Notes under the pieces: model-generated
Told to the model about the DNA's origin: nothing
What the model saw: only the letters and a program-made list of their open reading frames with translations
Databases searched by the model: none
Made by a program: the position numbers and the translations under genes
In this document: positions 25,971 through 35,671 of the stretch, one piece after another
Numbering within the stretch: position 1 is the stretch's first letter
Layout: every line of letters starts with the position of its first letter
DNA from: Kiritimatiellia bacterium
Lineage (GTDB): Bacteria > Verrucomicrobiota > Kiritimatiellia > CAIVKH01
Direction of reading: 5' to 3'
NCBI GenBank assembly: GCA_039807095.1
Contig: JBDHQM010000003.1
Location: forward strand, 24,620 to 88,619
Length of the DNA stretch: 64,000 nucleotides

Positions 25971-26133
25971 ACGAGGGGAAAGAAGTGCGCAGACATAGAC
26001 AGGCGGACCATTAGACGGTCGCCACGAGGCGAGAGTGCGTATTTAGAAATAACGCGAACATGCTGTGAACCTAGCGAGGCTGCGCGCGGCATGCAAGCGT
26101 TTTTGGCTTGTTTTGCGAGGTTCCGTCGCGCGA

Positions 26134-26574
26134 TCAGGCGGCGTCGCGCTTGTTGCGCGAGAAGAGGGAGTCGAGTTCCCAGGGGCCGGGCGGGAGCGCG
26201 GCGAGGGCGAAGGATGCCGCTGCAGCGGAGAGGACGGAATAGTCGAACACGCTTTTGATGCCGACTGCGGGTGTGCTTCCCATTGTGATGGCGAAGGAGA
26301 GCAGGAGCAGGCCGCTCAGAATTGCGGTGATCCGCGTTTTGAATCCGAGCAAGAGGAGAACGGCAAAAATGATTTCTGCTGCTGTTGCGACTACGCCGAG
26401 TGTGGGAACCAGCGCCGCAGGAGCCCACCAGTTGATCTGTGCCACGTAATCCAGAAACGGCTGCCACGCGCCCCATGCGGATTTTGCTGCCGGCCAGCAT
26501 CCGAAGCGATCAGCGACAGCGGAGAGGAAGCCCGCAGCGATAGCGAGGCGAAGGAAAGGTTTGGTGAGGTTCAT
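26134..26574 (-). CDS. DoxX-family membrane protein
   Basis: 146 aa, four TM helices, AAEIIFAVLLLLGFKTRITAILSGLLLL typical of DoxX. Confidence 0.65.
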   Translation of the reverse strand: MNLTKPFLRLAIAAGFLSAVADRFGCWPAAKSAWGAWQPFLDYVAQINWWAPAALVPTLGVVATAAEIIFAVLLLLGFKTRITAILSGLLLLSFAITMGSTPAVGIKSVFDYSVLSAAAASFALAALPPGPWELDSLFSRNKRDAA

Positions 26575-26654
26575 GGGTGTTGCTCGGATTGTGTGACGTT
26601 GCGAATTTGATTTGCCGCGCTACACTACATCGCGTTTCGGATGGTTTCAAATAG

Positions 26655-27659
26655 ATGAAGCGGAAAGTACTGATAATCGGGCTGCTTTTGCTCGTGGCTG
26701 CAGCAGCGGGGCAGCATCATTACCGGAAATATAAAAAACGGCATCGTCCACCGAGCCCGTACAACTGGTCCATCGGGATTGTGGCGGGATCGGATCCGTT
26801 GAATGTGCGGGTGATAGATGCGTTTCCGAATCCGCGTTTCACGGCGGATGCGATTCCGGGGCATCGCTACTCGTTCGTGGCGGATCCGTTTCTGATCGAA
26901 GAGGGCGGAGAGTGGTTCCTCTTTTTCGAGATGTTCGATCGCGAGGCGCGCCGCGGCGAGATCGGCGTTGCGACAAGTCCAGACGCGGTGCATTGGACGT
27001 ATGCGGGGCCTGCGCTGCAAGAGCCGTTCCATTTGTCATATCCCTTTGTGTTTGAGGAAGGCACCAACTTCTTCATGATCCCGGAGTCGCGCGCGGCGCG
27101 GGAAGTGCGGTTGTATCGCGCGGTGGAGTTCCCGCTGAAGTGGGAGCTGGATCGTGTCCTCTTTAAAGGGAACTACAGTGATCCAACACCGGTCGCGTGG
27201 CAGGGGAAGTGGTGGATTTTCGCCACGCGTGGGTCGTACAGCATGGATATTTGGTATGCCGATGACCTGCGCGGCGAGTGGCGGCCACACGCGAAGAATC
27301 CGCTTTACCTCTATAGTAAAGGTCGCGCGCGAAACGGGGGGCGTCCGCTGGTGATGGGGGACAAGATATTTCGCTTTGCCCAAGATTCTCATGGGGGTTA
27401 TGGCCGCGCGTTGCGCGCGCTCGTCATTAATGAGTTGGATCCCACGCGTTTCGTGGAGCACGTTGTAAAATCGGCTGACCCACTGTTTTCGGCGCATGGC
27501 GACGGGTGGGCACGGGTGGGGATGCACCACTATTCTCCTGTATTTACACGAGAGGGGTCGTGGATCGCCGCCGTTGACGGCAGTGGGATTTGGGAGGCCG
27601 ACCTGGAGGCGCTGGATCAGGTGCGCGGGAACGAGGAAATTCACTCATCCGATCCGTGA
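26655..27659 (+). CDS. Membrane-anchored GH43-like beta-propeller family protein (function unknown)
   Basis: N-terminal TM. FVADPFLIEEGGEWFLFFEMFD and YPFVFEEGTNFFMIPES resemble repeated propeller blades of glycosyl-hydrolase-43-like/uncharacterised transferase families. Confidence 0.4.
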   Translation: MKRKVLIIGLLLLVAAAAGQHHYRKYKKRHRPPSPYNWSIGIVAGSDPLNVRVIDAFPNPRFTADAIPGHRYSFVADPFLIEEGGEWFLFFEMFDREARRGEIGVATSPDAVHWTYAGPALQEPFHLSYPFVFEEGTNFFMIPESRAAREVRLYRAVEFPLKWELDRVLFKGNYSDPTPVAWQGKWWIFATRGSYSMDIWYADDLRGEWRPHAKNPLYLYSKGRARNGGRPLVMGDKIFRFAQDSHGGYGRALRALVINELDPTRFVEHVVKSADPLFSAHGDGWARVGMHHYSPVFTREGSWIAAVDGSGIWEADLEALDQVRGNEEIHSSDP

Positions 27660-27823
27660 GTTGAGGTGCGCAATTTGACTTTGCGGTGAGATGCGTGTTT
27701 ATTCTCCCGCGCTCGGGCTGTTTCCTCGCGATCTCGCGCCTGCCTGAAGAGCGTGGTTTCATTGCACGCGTCGTGTTTTCGCGCGCCCTGCGCCGCGAAA
27801 TGTGGGGAAAATTCAAAACCCTG

Positions 27824-27852
27824 TTGACACTAAACCGACCAGTCGGTACAGT
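27824..27852 (+). promoter_or_regulatory. Promoter with embedded palindromic TetR-type operator
   Basis: TTGACA (27824-27829), 17-nt spacer, TACAGT (27847-27852). The spacer contains ACCGAC-ca-GTCGGT (27834-27847). Confidence 0.5.
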
Positions 27853-27927
27853 GTGCGGCAATTGAACGAGATTTCGCGATGAATCGGCAGTTTCTACAGC
27901 ACAAAACGATCGAACTGGAGGGGAATC

Positions 27928-28503
27928 ATGGCGCCTAAATCTGCGCGTGAGTCCATCCTGGAGGCGGCTGAGGCGATCGTGGTGGAGCAGGGTGCGTCCT
28001 TTATGACGATGGACGCTGTGGCGGCCCGGGCCGGGGTGAGCAAGGGCGGATTGATTTATCACTTTCCGTCGCAGGAAAGTTTGATGGGGGCGCTCATCGA
28101 GCGGTTCACGGAGCAATGCGCGTCGCGTCGGGAGGAGGTGCACGACACGTTGCCGGCGGGGCCGGCGCGCGAGTTGGTGGCATACATCTTAGCGCGTGCC
28201 GACACTTCTCCTGCGGCGTGCAAGGTGGGCGGTGGCATGTTGGCGGCGGTGATGCGTGCGCCGCATTTGCTCGAAGCGACGCAGTCGGAGTGGCTGCAGA
28301 CGGTTGAGCGGATCATGGGGGGAGTGAAGAACCGCGAGCGGATGATGGTGCTGCTTTTGGCTGCGGACTGCATCTGGCTCTCGAAGTTGCTCGGTTGGCA
28401 GGGGCTGAAGGATGAGGAGCTTCACCGCATTCGTGCGGAGATTGTGAAGCTGGCGTATGAGTGGAGCGAAGATGCTCGGGGAAAAGAAAATTCTACAGTG
28501 TGA
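27928..28503 (+). CDS. TetR/AcrR-family transcriptional regulator
   Basis: ILEAAEAIVVEQGASFMTMDAVAARAGVSKGGLIYHFPSQESL is the TetR HTH. Sits upstream of the RND operon. Confidence 0.9.
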   Translation: MAPKSARESILEAAEAIVVEQGASFMTMDAVAARAGVSKGGLIYHFPSQESLMGALIERFTEQCASRREEVHDTLPAGPARELVAYILARADTSPAACKVGGGMLAAVMRAPHLLEATQSEWLQTVERIMGGVKNRERMMVLLLAADCIWLSKLLGWQGLKDEELHRIRAEIVKLAYEWSEDARGKENSTV

Positions 28504-28534
28504 AGTGTTGATTAGAAGAATAGAGAGAAAGCCT

Positions 28535-29776
28535 ATGAAGAACCTCAAGTCGTTTGTACGTATGAATGTAGTGCCGTCCGCGCTGGCCGTGGTTGCGGGT
28601 GCGGCGGTGGCGGTGGGCTGCGCGAAGAGCGAGCAGCAGGGCGGTGGTGGCGGCTTCATGGGCGGAGTGCCCGAGGTCGGAGTTATCGTGATTCACCCCG
28701 CATCCACGATGCTGTTGGCGGAGTTGCCGGGCCGGATTTCGGCGTCGCTGGTGGCGGAGGTGCGTCCGCAGGTGACGGGGATCATTCAGAAGCGCTTTTT
28801 TGAGGAAGGCGCGAATGTGGAAGAGGGCGCAGTCCTCTATCAGATTGATCCGGCGATTTATGAGGCGACGCACGCGAGTGCGAAGGCGGCGCTGGCGCGG
28901 ACGGAAGCGAATTTGAAATCGTTGCGCGCCCAGTTGAAGCGCTACGAAGAGTTGGTCGCTATTCACGCGGTGAGTCAGCAGGCCTATGACGACATTGATG
29001 CCGCAGTGAAGCAGGCGGAGGCAGAGTTGGTTGCAAATCAGGCATCGGTGGATGCTGCGCGAATCAATCTGGATTACACCCAAATCAAAGCGCCGATTTC
29101 CGGCCGCATTGGCAAATCAGAGGTGACGGTGGGCGCGCTGGTGACGGCGAATCAGGGCGCGCCACTGGCGGTGATTCAACAGTTGGATCCGGTGTATGTG
29201 GATGCGCCGCAGACGAGCGCGAACTATCTGCGCTTGAAACAGGCGGTTGCCTCGGGTCGCGTCGTGCGCAATGGAACGGATGCGGCAGCGCACCTCATCT
29301 TCGAGGATGGCTCTCACTATCCGCTTGCGGGTACAGTCAAATTTGCTGATGTGACGGTGAATCCGGCGACGGGTTCGTTGAATCTTCGCAGCAGCTTTCC
29401 GAATCCGGACGGATTGCTCCTGCCGGGCATGTATGTGCGTGTGAATCTGGAAGAGGGCGTCAGCGAAAATGCAGTCTTGGTGCCGCAGCGCGGGGTGACG
29501 TTCACGCCGCAGGGCGCTGCCGTTGTGACGGTGGTGAACGCAGAAGACCAGGCGCAGCAGCGCACGATCGAGCTGGATCGCGCGTTGGGCGAGATGTGGC
29601 TGGTTTCCAGCGGGCTGCAGGAAGGCGACCGCGTCATTGTCGAGGGCATTCAGCGAGTGCGCCCGGGTTCACCGGTGAAGCCGGTTCCATTTGGCGCGAC
29701 CGCAGCCGATGCGGACTCCAGCGGAGATCATTCGGAACCGGCCGTGTCGGACGTTGAAGCAGAAGCCGCAGAGTAA
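28535..29776 (+). CDS. RND efflux periplasmic adaptor (membrane fusion protein, AcrA/MexA family) lipoprotein
   Basis: Start at ATG 28535. Lipobox VAVGC. Coiled-coil hairpin and YTQIKAPISGRIG lipoyl-like motif. Confidence 0.9.
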   Translation: MKNLKSFVRMNVVPSALAVVAGAAVAVGCAKSEQQGGGGGFMGGVPEVGVIVIHPASTMLLAELPGRISASLVAEVRPQVTGIIQKRFFEEGANVEEGAVLYQIDPAIYEATHASAKAALARTEANLKSLRAQLKRYEELVAIHAVSQQAYDDIDAAVKQAEAELVANQASVDAARINLDYTQIKAPISGRIGKSEVTVGALVTANQGAPLAVIQQLDPVYVDAPQTSANYLRLKQAVASGRVVRNGTDAAAHLIFEDGSHYPLAGTVKFADVTVNPATGSLNLRSSFPNPDGLLLPGMYVRVNLEEGVSENAVLVPQRGVTFTPQGAAVVTVVNAEDQAQQRTIELDRALGEMWLVSSGLQEGDRVIVEGIQRVRPGSPVKPVPFGATAADADSSGDHSEPAVSDVEAEAAE

Positions 29777-29788
29777 GGAAGGCGCGCC

Positions 29789-32700
29789 ATGTTTTCCCAA
29801 TTTTTCATAGATCGTCCCGTCTTCGCCTGGGTGTTGGCGATCATCACGATGATGGCCGGCGCACTGGCGATCAAGACGCTGCCTGTTGCGCAATACCCGG
29901 CCATTGCGCCGCCGGAAATCGCGATTAATGCGATGTATCCCGGCGCGTCGGCGCAAACGGTGGAGGACACGGTCACGCAGGTCATCGAGCAGAAGATGAA
30001 CGGCATTGACGGACTTCGCTACATGGGGTCGAGCAGTGACTCTGCGGGCCACGTGACAATCACGCTGACTTTCGACGCGGGTACGGACCCGAACATTGCG
30101 CAGGTGCAAGTGCAGAACAAGCTTCAGCTAGCGACGCCGCTGCTGCCGCAAGTTGTGCAGCAACAGGGCATCTCGGTGACAAAATCCACGCGAAACTTTC
30201 TCCTGATCATCGGAATGGTTTCGGAAGATGGAAAGATGGATCGCTACGACCTGACGGACTACATGGTCTCGCACATTCAGGACGTGATCAGCCGCGTAGA
30301 AGGCGTGGGTGAGGTGATGATGTTCGGATCGCAATATGCGATGCGCATCTGGCTCGATCCCGACAAGCTCAATGCCTATCAACTCACGCCGGGCGATGTG
30401 CGCCAGGCTATTCGCGCTCAGAACGTGCAGGTTTCTGCGGGCCAGTTCGGCGGGCAGCCGTCAATCAAGGGGCAGCAGCTCAACTATTCGATCACCGCAC
30501 AGACGCTCCTCAAAACGCCCGAGGAATTTGGCGAGATTATTCTGCGCTCCGCTGCGGATGGCGCAACAGTGCGGCTCCGCGACGTGGCGCGGGTGGAGCT
30601 TGGCTCTGAGAGCTATGAAGCGGAAGGGTTCTATAACGGCAAGCCTGCGTCGGGTCTAGCGCTGCGACTCGCATCCGGCGCGAACGCGCTCCGCACGGCG
30701 GACCTCGTGAAGGCCAAGATGGCCGAACTCTCGCGCTATTTCCCCGAAGGCGTGTCGCTGGTGTATCCGTATGACACAACGCCGTTCGTAAAAATTTCCA
30801 TCGAGGAAGTGGTCAAGACATTGATCGAAGCGATTGTGCTGGTGTTCCTCGTTATGTTCCTCTTCTTGCAGAATATCCGCGCGACGCTGATTCCGACCAT
30901 CGCGGTGCCTGTGGTGCTGCTCGGCACCTTCGCGCTGATTGACGCGTTTGGCTTCACCATCAACACGCTGACGATGTTCGCAATGGTCCTGGCGATCGGG
31001 CTGCTGGTGGACGACGCAATTGTTGTGGTCGAGAACGTCGAGCGCATTATGAGTGAGGAGGGCCTCTCGCCGCGCGAGGCAACTCGGAAGTCCATGAAGC
31101 AGATTTCGAACGCGCTCGTTGCGATCGCCATGGTGCTCTCGGCTGTATTCATTCCGATGGCATTCTTTGCCGGTTCGACCGGTGTCATCTATCGCCAGTT
31201 TTCGATCACTGTGGTTTCGGCGATGGCGCTCTCGGTGCTGGTGGCGTTGATTCTCACACCGGCGCTCTGCGCGAGCATGTTGAAGCCGTTGGAGCAGGGG
31301 CACCACCTCGGCGAAACGGGCTGGTTCAAGGGTTTCTTCCGCTGGTTTAACAAGATGTATGATCGTGGTAGTCACGGCTACCAATCAACAGTCGGCAGCA
31401 TTCTGAAAAAGGGCGGCCGCTATCTGTTTTCGTACGGCGTGATTGTTGCGCTGGTCGGATTCCTGTTCGTTCGCCTGCCCACCGCCTATCTGCCGGATGA
31501 GGATCAGGGCATGCTGCTCAACCTTATTCAACTTCCAACCGGCGCGACGCTGGATCGCACGCTGGAGGTCGCGGAGACGATGCGCAAGCACTACATGGAA
31601 GAAGAAAAAGAGGCGGTGCGCTCCATGTTCAGTGTTGCCGGTTTCAGTTTTGCCGGCCGCGGTCAGAACAACGGTATGGCATTCGTTTCGCTGCGCGATT
31701 GGAAAGAGCGCGAGCGTCCGGATCTGAAGGTCAAGGCTGTCGCAGGGCGCGCCATGATGGCCTTCTCACAGATTCGCGATGCGATGGTGTTCGCGTTTGC
31801 GCCACCCGCCGTTATGGAGATGGGTACGGCAAACGGATTCGATTTCCAGTTGCAGGATCGCGGCGGACTTGGCCATGAGGCGCTGATGGCGGCGCGCAAT
31901 CAATTGCTCGGCATGGCGGCGCAGAGTCCGATTCTGGCCAAGGTTCGCCCCAACGGGCAGGACGATCTGCCGGAATATAAAATTGATATTTCACCGGAAC
32001 GCGTCGGCGCACTCGGCCTCTCCATGGCGGATGTGAACGACACGCTTTCCACAGCGTGGGGCAGTAGCTACATCAACGACTTCATTGATCGCGGCCGAAT
32101 CAAGCGTGTCTATATGCAGTCCGATGCCGGATTCCGCATGACGCCTGCCGATCTGGATCGCTGGTATGTCCGCAACAACAAGGGCGAGATGGTTCCGTTC
32201 TCCGCGTTTGCCACCGGCAAATGGCAATATGGCTCGCCACGTCGCGAGCGCTTCAACGGAATGCCCTCCGTGGAAATTCTCGGCGAACCCGCGCCGGGTA
32301 AGAGCTCCGGCGATGCGATGGCAGAAATGGAACGCCTCGCCGCACAACTGCCTGCGGGTATCGGATATGAATGGACGGGTCTTTCGTATCAGGAGCGGAT
32401 GGCGGGCGCGCAGGCACCTGCACTCTACTCGCTCTCGATCCTCGTCGTTTTTCTCTGCCTCGCGGCGCTGTATGAGAGCTGGGCCATTCCGTTCTCTGTG
32501 ATGCTCGTGATTCCGCTCGGCATCATCGGTGCTTTGCTCGGCACCTACTCGCGCGGTCTTGCGAACGACGTCTATTTCCAGGTGGGCATTCTCACCACCA
32601 TCGGCCTCTCGTCAAAGAACGCGATTCTGATTGTGGAGTTTGCCAAAGAGCTGATGGAGCAGGGGAAGAGCCTGGTGGAGGCAACTATGGAGGCTGCGCG

Positions 32701-32950
32701 CCTGCGCTTACGCCCCATCATCATGACTTCCATGGCGTTCATTCTCGGCGTGCTTCCGCTCGCGAAAAGCACTGGCGCAGGTTCCGGCGCACAGAATGCC
32801 ATCGGCACCGCCGTCATTGGCGGAACGCTTACCGGCACATTCCTCGCGCTCATCTTTATCCCGCTGTTCTTCTACATCGTGCGACGAATCTTCAAGGCGA
32901 AGTCGCGCGTTGAACCCGTTGCGATCAGCTCCCCCACGGAGGCACCCTAA
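29789..32950 (+). CDS. RND multidrug efflux permease (AcrB/MexB family, HAE1)
   Basis: 1053 aa, [19 protein letters not shown]-terminus, 12-TM architecture with two large periplasmic loops. Confidence 0.95.
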   Translation: MFSQFFIDRPVFAWVLAIITMMAGALAIKTLPVAQYPAIAPPEIAINAMYPGASAQTVEDTVTQVIEQKMNGIDGLRYMGSSSDSAGHVTITLTFDAGTDPNIAQVQVQNKLQLATPLLPQVVQQQGISVTKSTRNFLLIIGMVSEDGKMDRYDLTDYMVSHIQDVISRVEGVGEVMMFGSQYAMRIWLDPDKLNAYQLTPGDVRQAIRAQNVQVSAGQFGGQPSIKGQQLNYSITAQTLLKTPEEFGEIILRSAADGATVRLRDVARVELGSESYEAEGFYNGKPASGLALRLASGANALRTADLVKAKMAELSRYFPEGVSLVYPYDTTPFVKISIEEVVKTLIEAIVLVFLVMFLFLQNIRATLIPTIAVPVVLLGTFALIDAFGFTINTLTMFAMVLAIGLLVDDAIVVVENVERIMSEEGLSPREATRKSMKQISNALVAIAMVLSAVFIPMAFFAGSTGVIYRQFSITVVSAMALSVLVALILTPALCASMLKPLEQGHHLGETGWFKGFFRWFNKMYDRGSHGYQSTVGSILKKGGRYLFSYGVIVALVGFLFVRLPTAYLPDEDQGMLLNLIQLPTGATLDRTLEVAETMRKHYMEEEKEAVRSMFSVAGFSFAGRGQNNGMAFVSLRDWKERERPDLKVKAVAGRAMMAFSQIRDAMVFAFAPPAVMEMGTANGFDFQLQDRGGLGHEALMAARNQLLGMAAQSPILAKVRPNGQDDLPEYKIDISPERVGALGLSMADVNDTLSTAWGSSYINDFIDRGRIKRVYMQSDAGFRMTPADLDRWYVRNNKGEMVPFSAFATGKWQYGSPRRERFNGMPSVEILGEPAPGKSSGDAMAEMERLAAQLPAGIGYEWTGLSYQERMAGAQAPALYSLSILVVFLCLAALYESWAIPFSVMLVIPLGIIGALLGTYSRGLANDVYFQVGILTTIGLSSKNAILIVEFAKELMEQGKSLVEATMEAARLRLRPIIMTSMAFILGVLPLAKSTGAGSGAQNAIGTAVIGGTLTGTFLALIFIPLFFYIVRRIFKAKSRVEPVAISSPTEAP

Positions 32951-32951
32951 T

Positions 32952-34346
32952 ATGAAGAAGTCACTTGCATGGCTCTTGGCAGTTCCCGCGCTTGGACTCG
33001 CGGGCTGTCTCACACTTGCACCCGAATACGAGCGACCGGAAGCGCCTACACCAGCCGCCTGGCCGGAGGCGTCGGGCGCAGAAGGCGCACCGGCATCGGC
33101 GAATGATGCTGCATGGAACACGTTCTTCACCGATCCCAAGTTGCAGGCAGTCATCGAACTCGCGCTCACAAACAATCGCGACCTGCGCGTCGCCGCGCTG
33201 AACATTGAGCGGGCGCAAGCGCTCTATCGCGTCCAGCGTGCCGACCTGCTCCCCGCGATCAAAGCCACAGGTATAGGGAGCAAGCAGCGCACTCCGGCTT
33301 CGCTTTCATCCAGCGGTGTCGCTACGGAGTCGGAGCGCTATGAGATCAGCCTCGGCTTCGCCGCGTATGAACTCGACCTCTTTGGTCGCGTTCGCAGCCT
33401 CAAGGCGCAGGCACTGGAACGCTTCCTTGCCACAGAGCAGGCGCAGCACAGCGCGCACATCTCCATCATGGCGGGTGTTGCCAATGCCTATCTCGCACTT
33501 GCCGCTGACCAGGAACGCTTGCAACTAGCGCGCGATACATTTGAAGCGCAGAAGGCCGCGACCGATCTGATTCGCCGCCGCTTCGATGTCGGCGCCGCGT
33601 CGGAGATTGATTTGCGCCAGTCAGAGATGAGTGTTGAAGCTGCGCGCGGCGATATCGCTCGCTTCTCCGGCCAGGTTGCCCTCAGCCAGAACGCACTCGC
33701 CCTGCTTGTCGGCGCACCGGTTCCGACTGAGTTGCTCCCAACGACGTTGAGCGCGATCGCGACGATCCCCGAACTCGCTGCGGGGACTCCGTCGGAAGTC
33801 CTGCAGCAGCGCCCGGATATTCTTCAAGCGGAGAATCTGCTCAAAGCGGCAAACGCCAACATCGGTGTTGCCCGTGCTGCCTTTTTCCCGCGCATTGCGC
33901 TCACTGCGGGATTCGGCACCGCCAGCGACGAGCTCTCCGGTCTCTTCAAATCCGGCTCGGACACCTGGAGCTTTGTGCCCTCCATCACGCTGCCAATTTT
34001 TGAAGCCGGACGGAACCGCGCCAACCTGCGAGTAGCCAAAGCAGACCGCGATATCGCCCTCGCGCAGTACGAGAAGGCCATACAGACCGCATTTCGCGAA
34101 GTTGCTGACACCCTTGCACTTCGCGGGTCGCTTGTGGACCAGCTCGCAGCACAGGAAGCGCTCGTCAAAGCTGCGGAATCCACCTTCCGCCTGGCAGAAG
34201 AACGCTATAAGAGCGGAGTAGACAGCCAACTCGCTGTCCTCGACGCCCAGCGCTCGTACTACGGCGCGCAGCAAGGCCTCGTCGCCCTCCGCCTCGCCCA
34301 ACTCGCCAACCGCCTCACCCTCTACAAAGCCCTCGGCGGCGGGTGA
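32952..34346 (+). CDS. RND efflux outer-membrane factor lipoprotein (NodT/OprM family)
   Basis: Start at ATG 32952 (2 nt after the pump stop). Lipobox LGLAGC. Duplicated OEP repeats ending ...LTLYKALGGG. Confidence 0.9.
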   Translation: MKKSLAWLLAVPALGLAGCLTLAPEYERPEAPTPAAWPEASGAEGAPASANDAAWNTFFTDPKLQAVIELALTNNRDLRVAALNIERAQALYRVQRADLLPAIKATGIGSKQRTPASLSSSGVATESERYEISLGFAAYELDLFGRVRSLKAQALERFLATEQAQHSAHISIMAGVANAYLALAADQERLQLARDTFEAQKAATDLIRRRFDVGAASEIDLRQSEMSVEAARGDIARFSGQVALSQNALALLVGAPVPTELLPTTLSAIATIPELAAGTPSEVLQQRPDILQAENLLKAANANIGVARAAFFPRIALTAGFGTASDELSGLFKSGSDTWSFVPSITLPIFEAGRNRANLRVAKADRDIALAQYEKAIQTAFREVADTLALRGSLVDQLAAQEALVKAAESTFRLAEERYKSGVDSQLAVLDAQRSYYGAQQGLVALRLAQLANRLTLYKALGGG

Positions 34347-34568
34347 TATCCTCCACTTGCTTTGGCAGTGAAATCCAAGTATCTCTAACCCAACGTTTCA
34401 CGAGTTCGAGTATTTTGAATAAAACTGTAGCTGTTATGACGTACGGGAGGGGCAACCTCCGTGTTGCCCGCAGCCGATACTCGGGGCAGGACCTGCCAGA
34501 GGCGGGCGGGCATCGCCTGCCTCTCCGGCGAAGAGGCTATCGTTTAATTAAAATCGCTCTAGTGAAGT

Positions 34569-34645
34569 CGGGGCGTGGCTCAGCCTGGTAGAGCGCCAGC
34601 TTTGGGAGCTGGATGTCGTGAGTTCAAATCTCACCGCCCCGACCA
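34569..34645 (+). tRNA. tRNA-Pro (anticodon UGG), CCA encoded
   Basis: Manual cloverleaf: acceptor CGGGGCG/CGCCCCG, D arm GCTC/GAGC, anticodon arm CCAGC-TTTGGGA-GCTGG, T arm GTGAG-TTCAAAT-CTCAC, discriminator A + CCA. 77 nt. Confidence 0.95.
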
Positions 34646-34648
34646 TTT

Positions 34649-35137
34649 TTATTTTAGAGCGAGTAGTTCAGATGCTGCGCCGTTCCGCTCGCGTCGGGTG
34701 TCGAGCTCTGAAAGAATCACTGTACGGGATTCGTAGCGTTTGTTATGAGCGTCGAGAAGATTCAGCGAGAGCTGACCGATGAAGTTGTGGTTTTTGCTGA
34801 CGAGCCGCAGAATCGCGCCACGGATTGTTGGTGAGAAGTATTGAGCCTGCCCTTCGAACGTCAATCGTCCGTTCCCAAACTCGAAGTTGCCGCGAAATAG
34901 CCCTGCTTCGATCGCGTCCAGCCGCATCCCGTCTCCCTCGCGCGTGATGGTGACGCCAAGTTCCGGCGCATGCGCCGCGATGTATTCCCGGTGGAAGCCG
35001 GGGAGATGAATCACCCGTCCCTCAGACGTGATCCACATCTTGAAACAATTTTCCACACTGACCCGTGCTCTTCCGTCTCCGCGATAAAACGCCGGAGTCG
35101 GGAAGCGTGCGCGTTTGGAGGTGGAGGAGCCTTTCAT
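34649..35137 (-). CDS. Hypothetical protein, no recognisable domain
   Basis: 162-aa ORF whose ATG overlaps (ATGA) the stop of the upstream RhuM-like ORF. Stop is 4 nt from the tRNA-Pro 3' end. An internal start (MWITSEG) is also possible. Confidence 0.4.
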   Translation of the reverse strand: MKGSSTSKRARFPTPAFYRGDGRARVSVENCFKMWITSEGRVIHLPGFHREYIAAHAPELGVTITREGDGMRLDAIEAGLFRGNFEFGNGRLTFEGQAQYFSPTIRGAILRLVSKNHNFIGQLSLNLLDAHNKRYESRTVILSELDTRRERNGAASELLALK

Positions 35138-35622
35138 AACAGTCTGGCTTCTTTCCAGGCGTGATAGCTATTTGTAGTTCGGTGAAGTGTATGGGCGAGT
35201 TGTAACTCGCCCTTACACTGTGCCGCTTCACGTTGCCGATGCTGTTGATACTGACTTGGCTTTGCCCAAATTCTAAACTCTGTACCCCGCTTGGAGTTTA
35301 CGCGATAGCCGACGGAAATGATCATGTCGAGGTTGTAAAGGTCCATTTGGCGAAGCTTGCCGTCGGCAGCAACTTGTGCATTTTTTGCACAGGTTGCAGA
35401 ACGCTGTAACTCTCTGGTGGCGTATATGTTGCTGATGTGGCGAACTATTACGCTTCGGTCGCGGCCAAAAAGTTTGGCCATCTGATGCGCATCCATCCAC
35501 ATGGTATTGCGTGTCAGTTTTATTTCCAAATTCGTGCGGCCGTCTTTGGTTCGGTAGAGAACAATTTCTCCGCCTTTGCCCGAGACTGCGATCGTTTTAC
35601 TGCTCTTCTTTTTTACTCTCAT
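35134..35622 (-). CDS. RhuM-family protein, N-terminal portion only (probably truncated)
   Basis: GEIVLYRTKDGRTNLEIKL..TMWMDAHQMAKLFGRDRSVIVRHISNIY...YNLDMIISVGYRVNSKRGTEFRIWA matches RhuM family N-termini. Similarity stops at FRIWA, and full-length members have roughly 200 more residues. Confidence 0.7.
   Translation of the reverse strand: MRVKKKSSKTIAVSGKGGEIVLYRTKDGRTNLEIKLTRNTMWMDAHQMAKLFGRDRSVIVRHISNIYATRELQRSATCAKNAQVAADGKLRQMDLYNLDMIISVGYRVNSKRGTEFRIWAKPSQYQQHRQREAAQCKGELQLAHTLHRTTNSYHAWKEARLL
35197..35216. repeat. 20-nt direct repeat, copy 1 (gagttgtaactcgcccttac)
   Basis: 19/20 identical to 35652-35671. This copy is part of the hairpin GGGCGAGTT-gt-AACTCGCCC. Confidence 0.7.
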
Positions 35623-35651
35623 CGTTGTCTAATTGTGGACGTAAGGAGGAT

Positions 35652-35671
35652 GAGTTGCAACTCGCCCTTAC
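35652..35671. repeat. 20-nt direct repeat, copy 2 (gagttgcaactcgcccttac)
   Basis: 19/20 identical to 35197-35216. Contains the recD stop codon (35668-35670). Confidence 0.7.
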
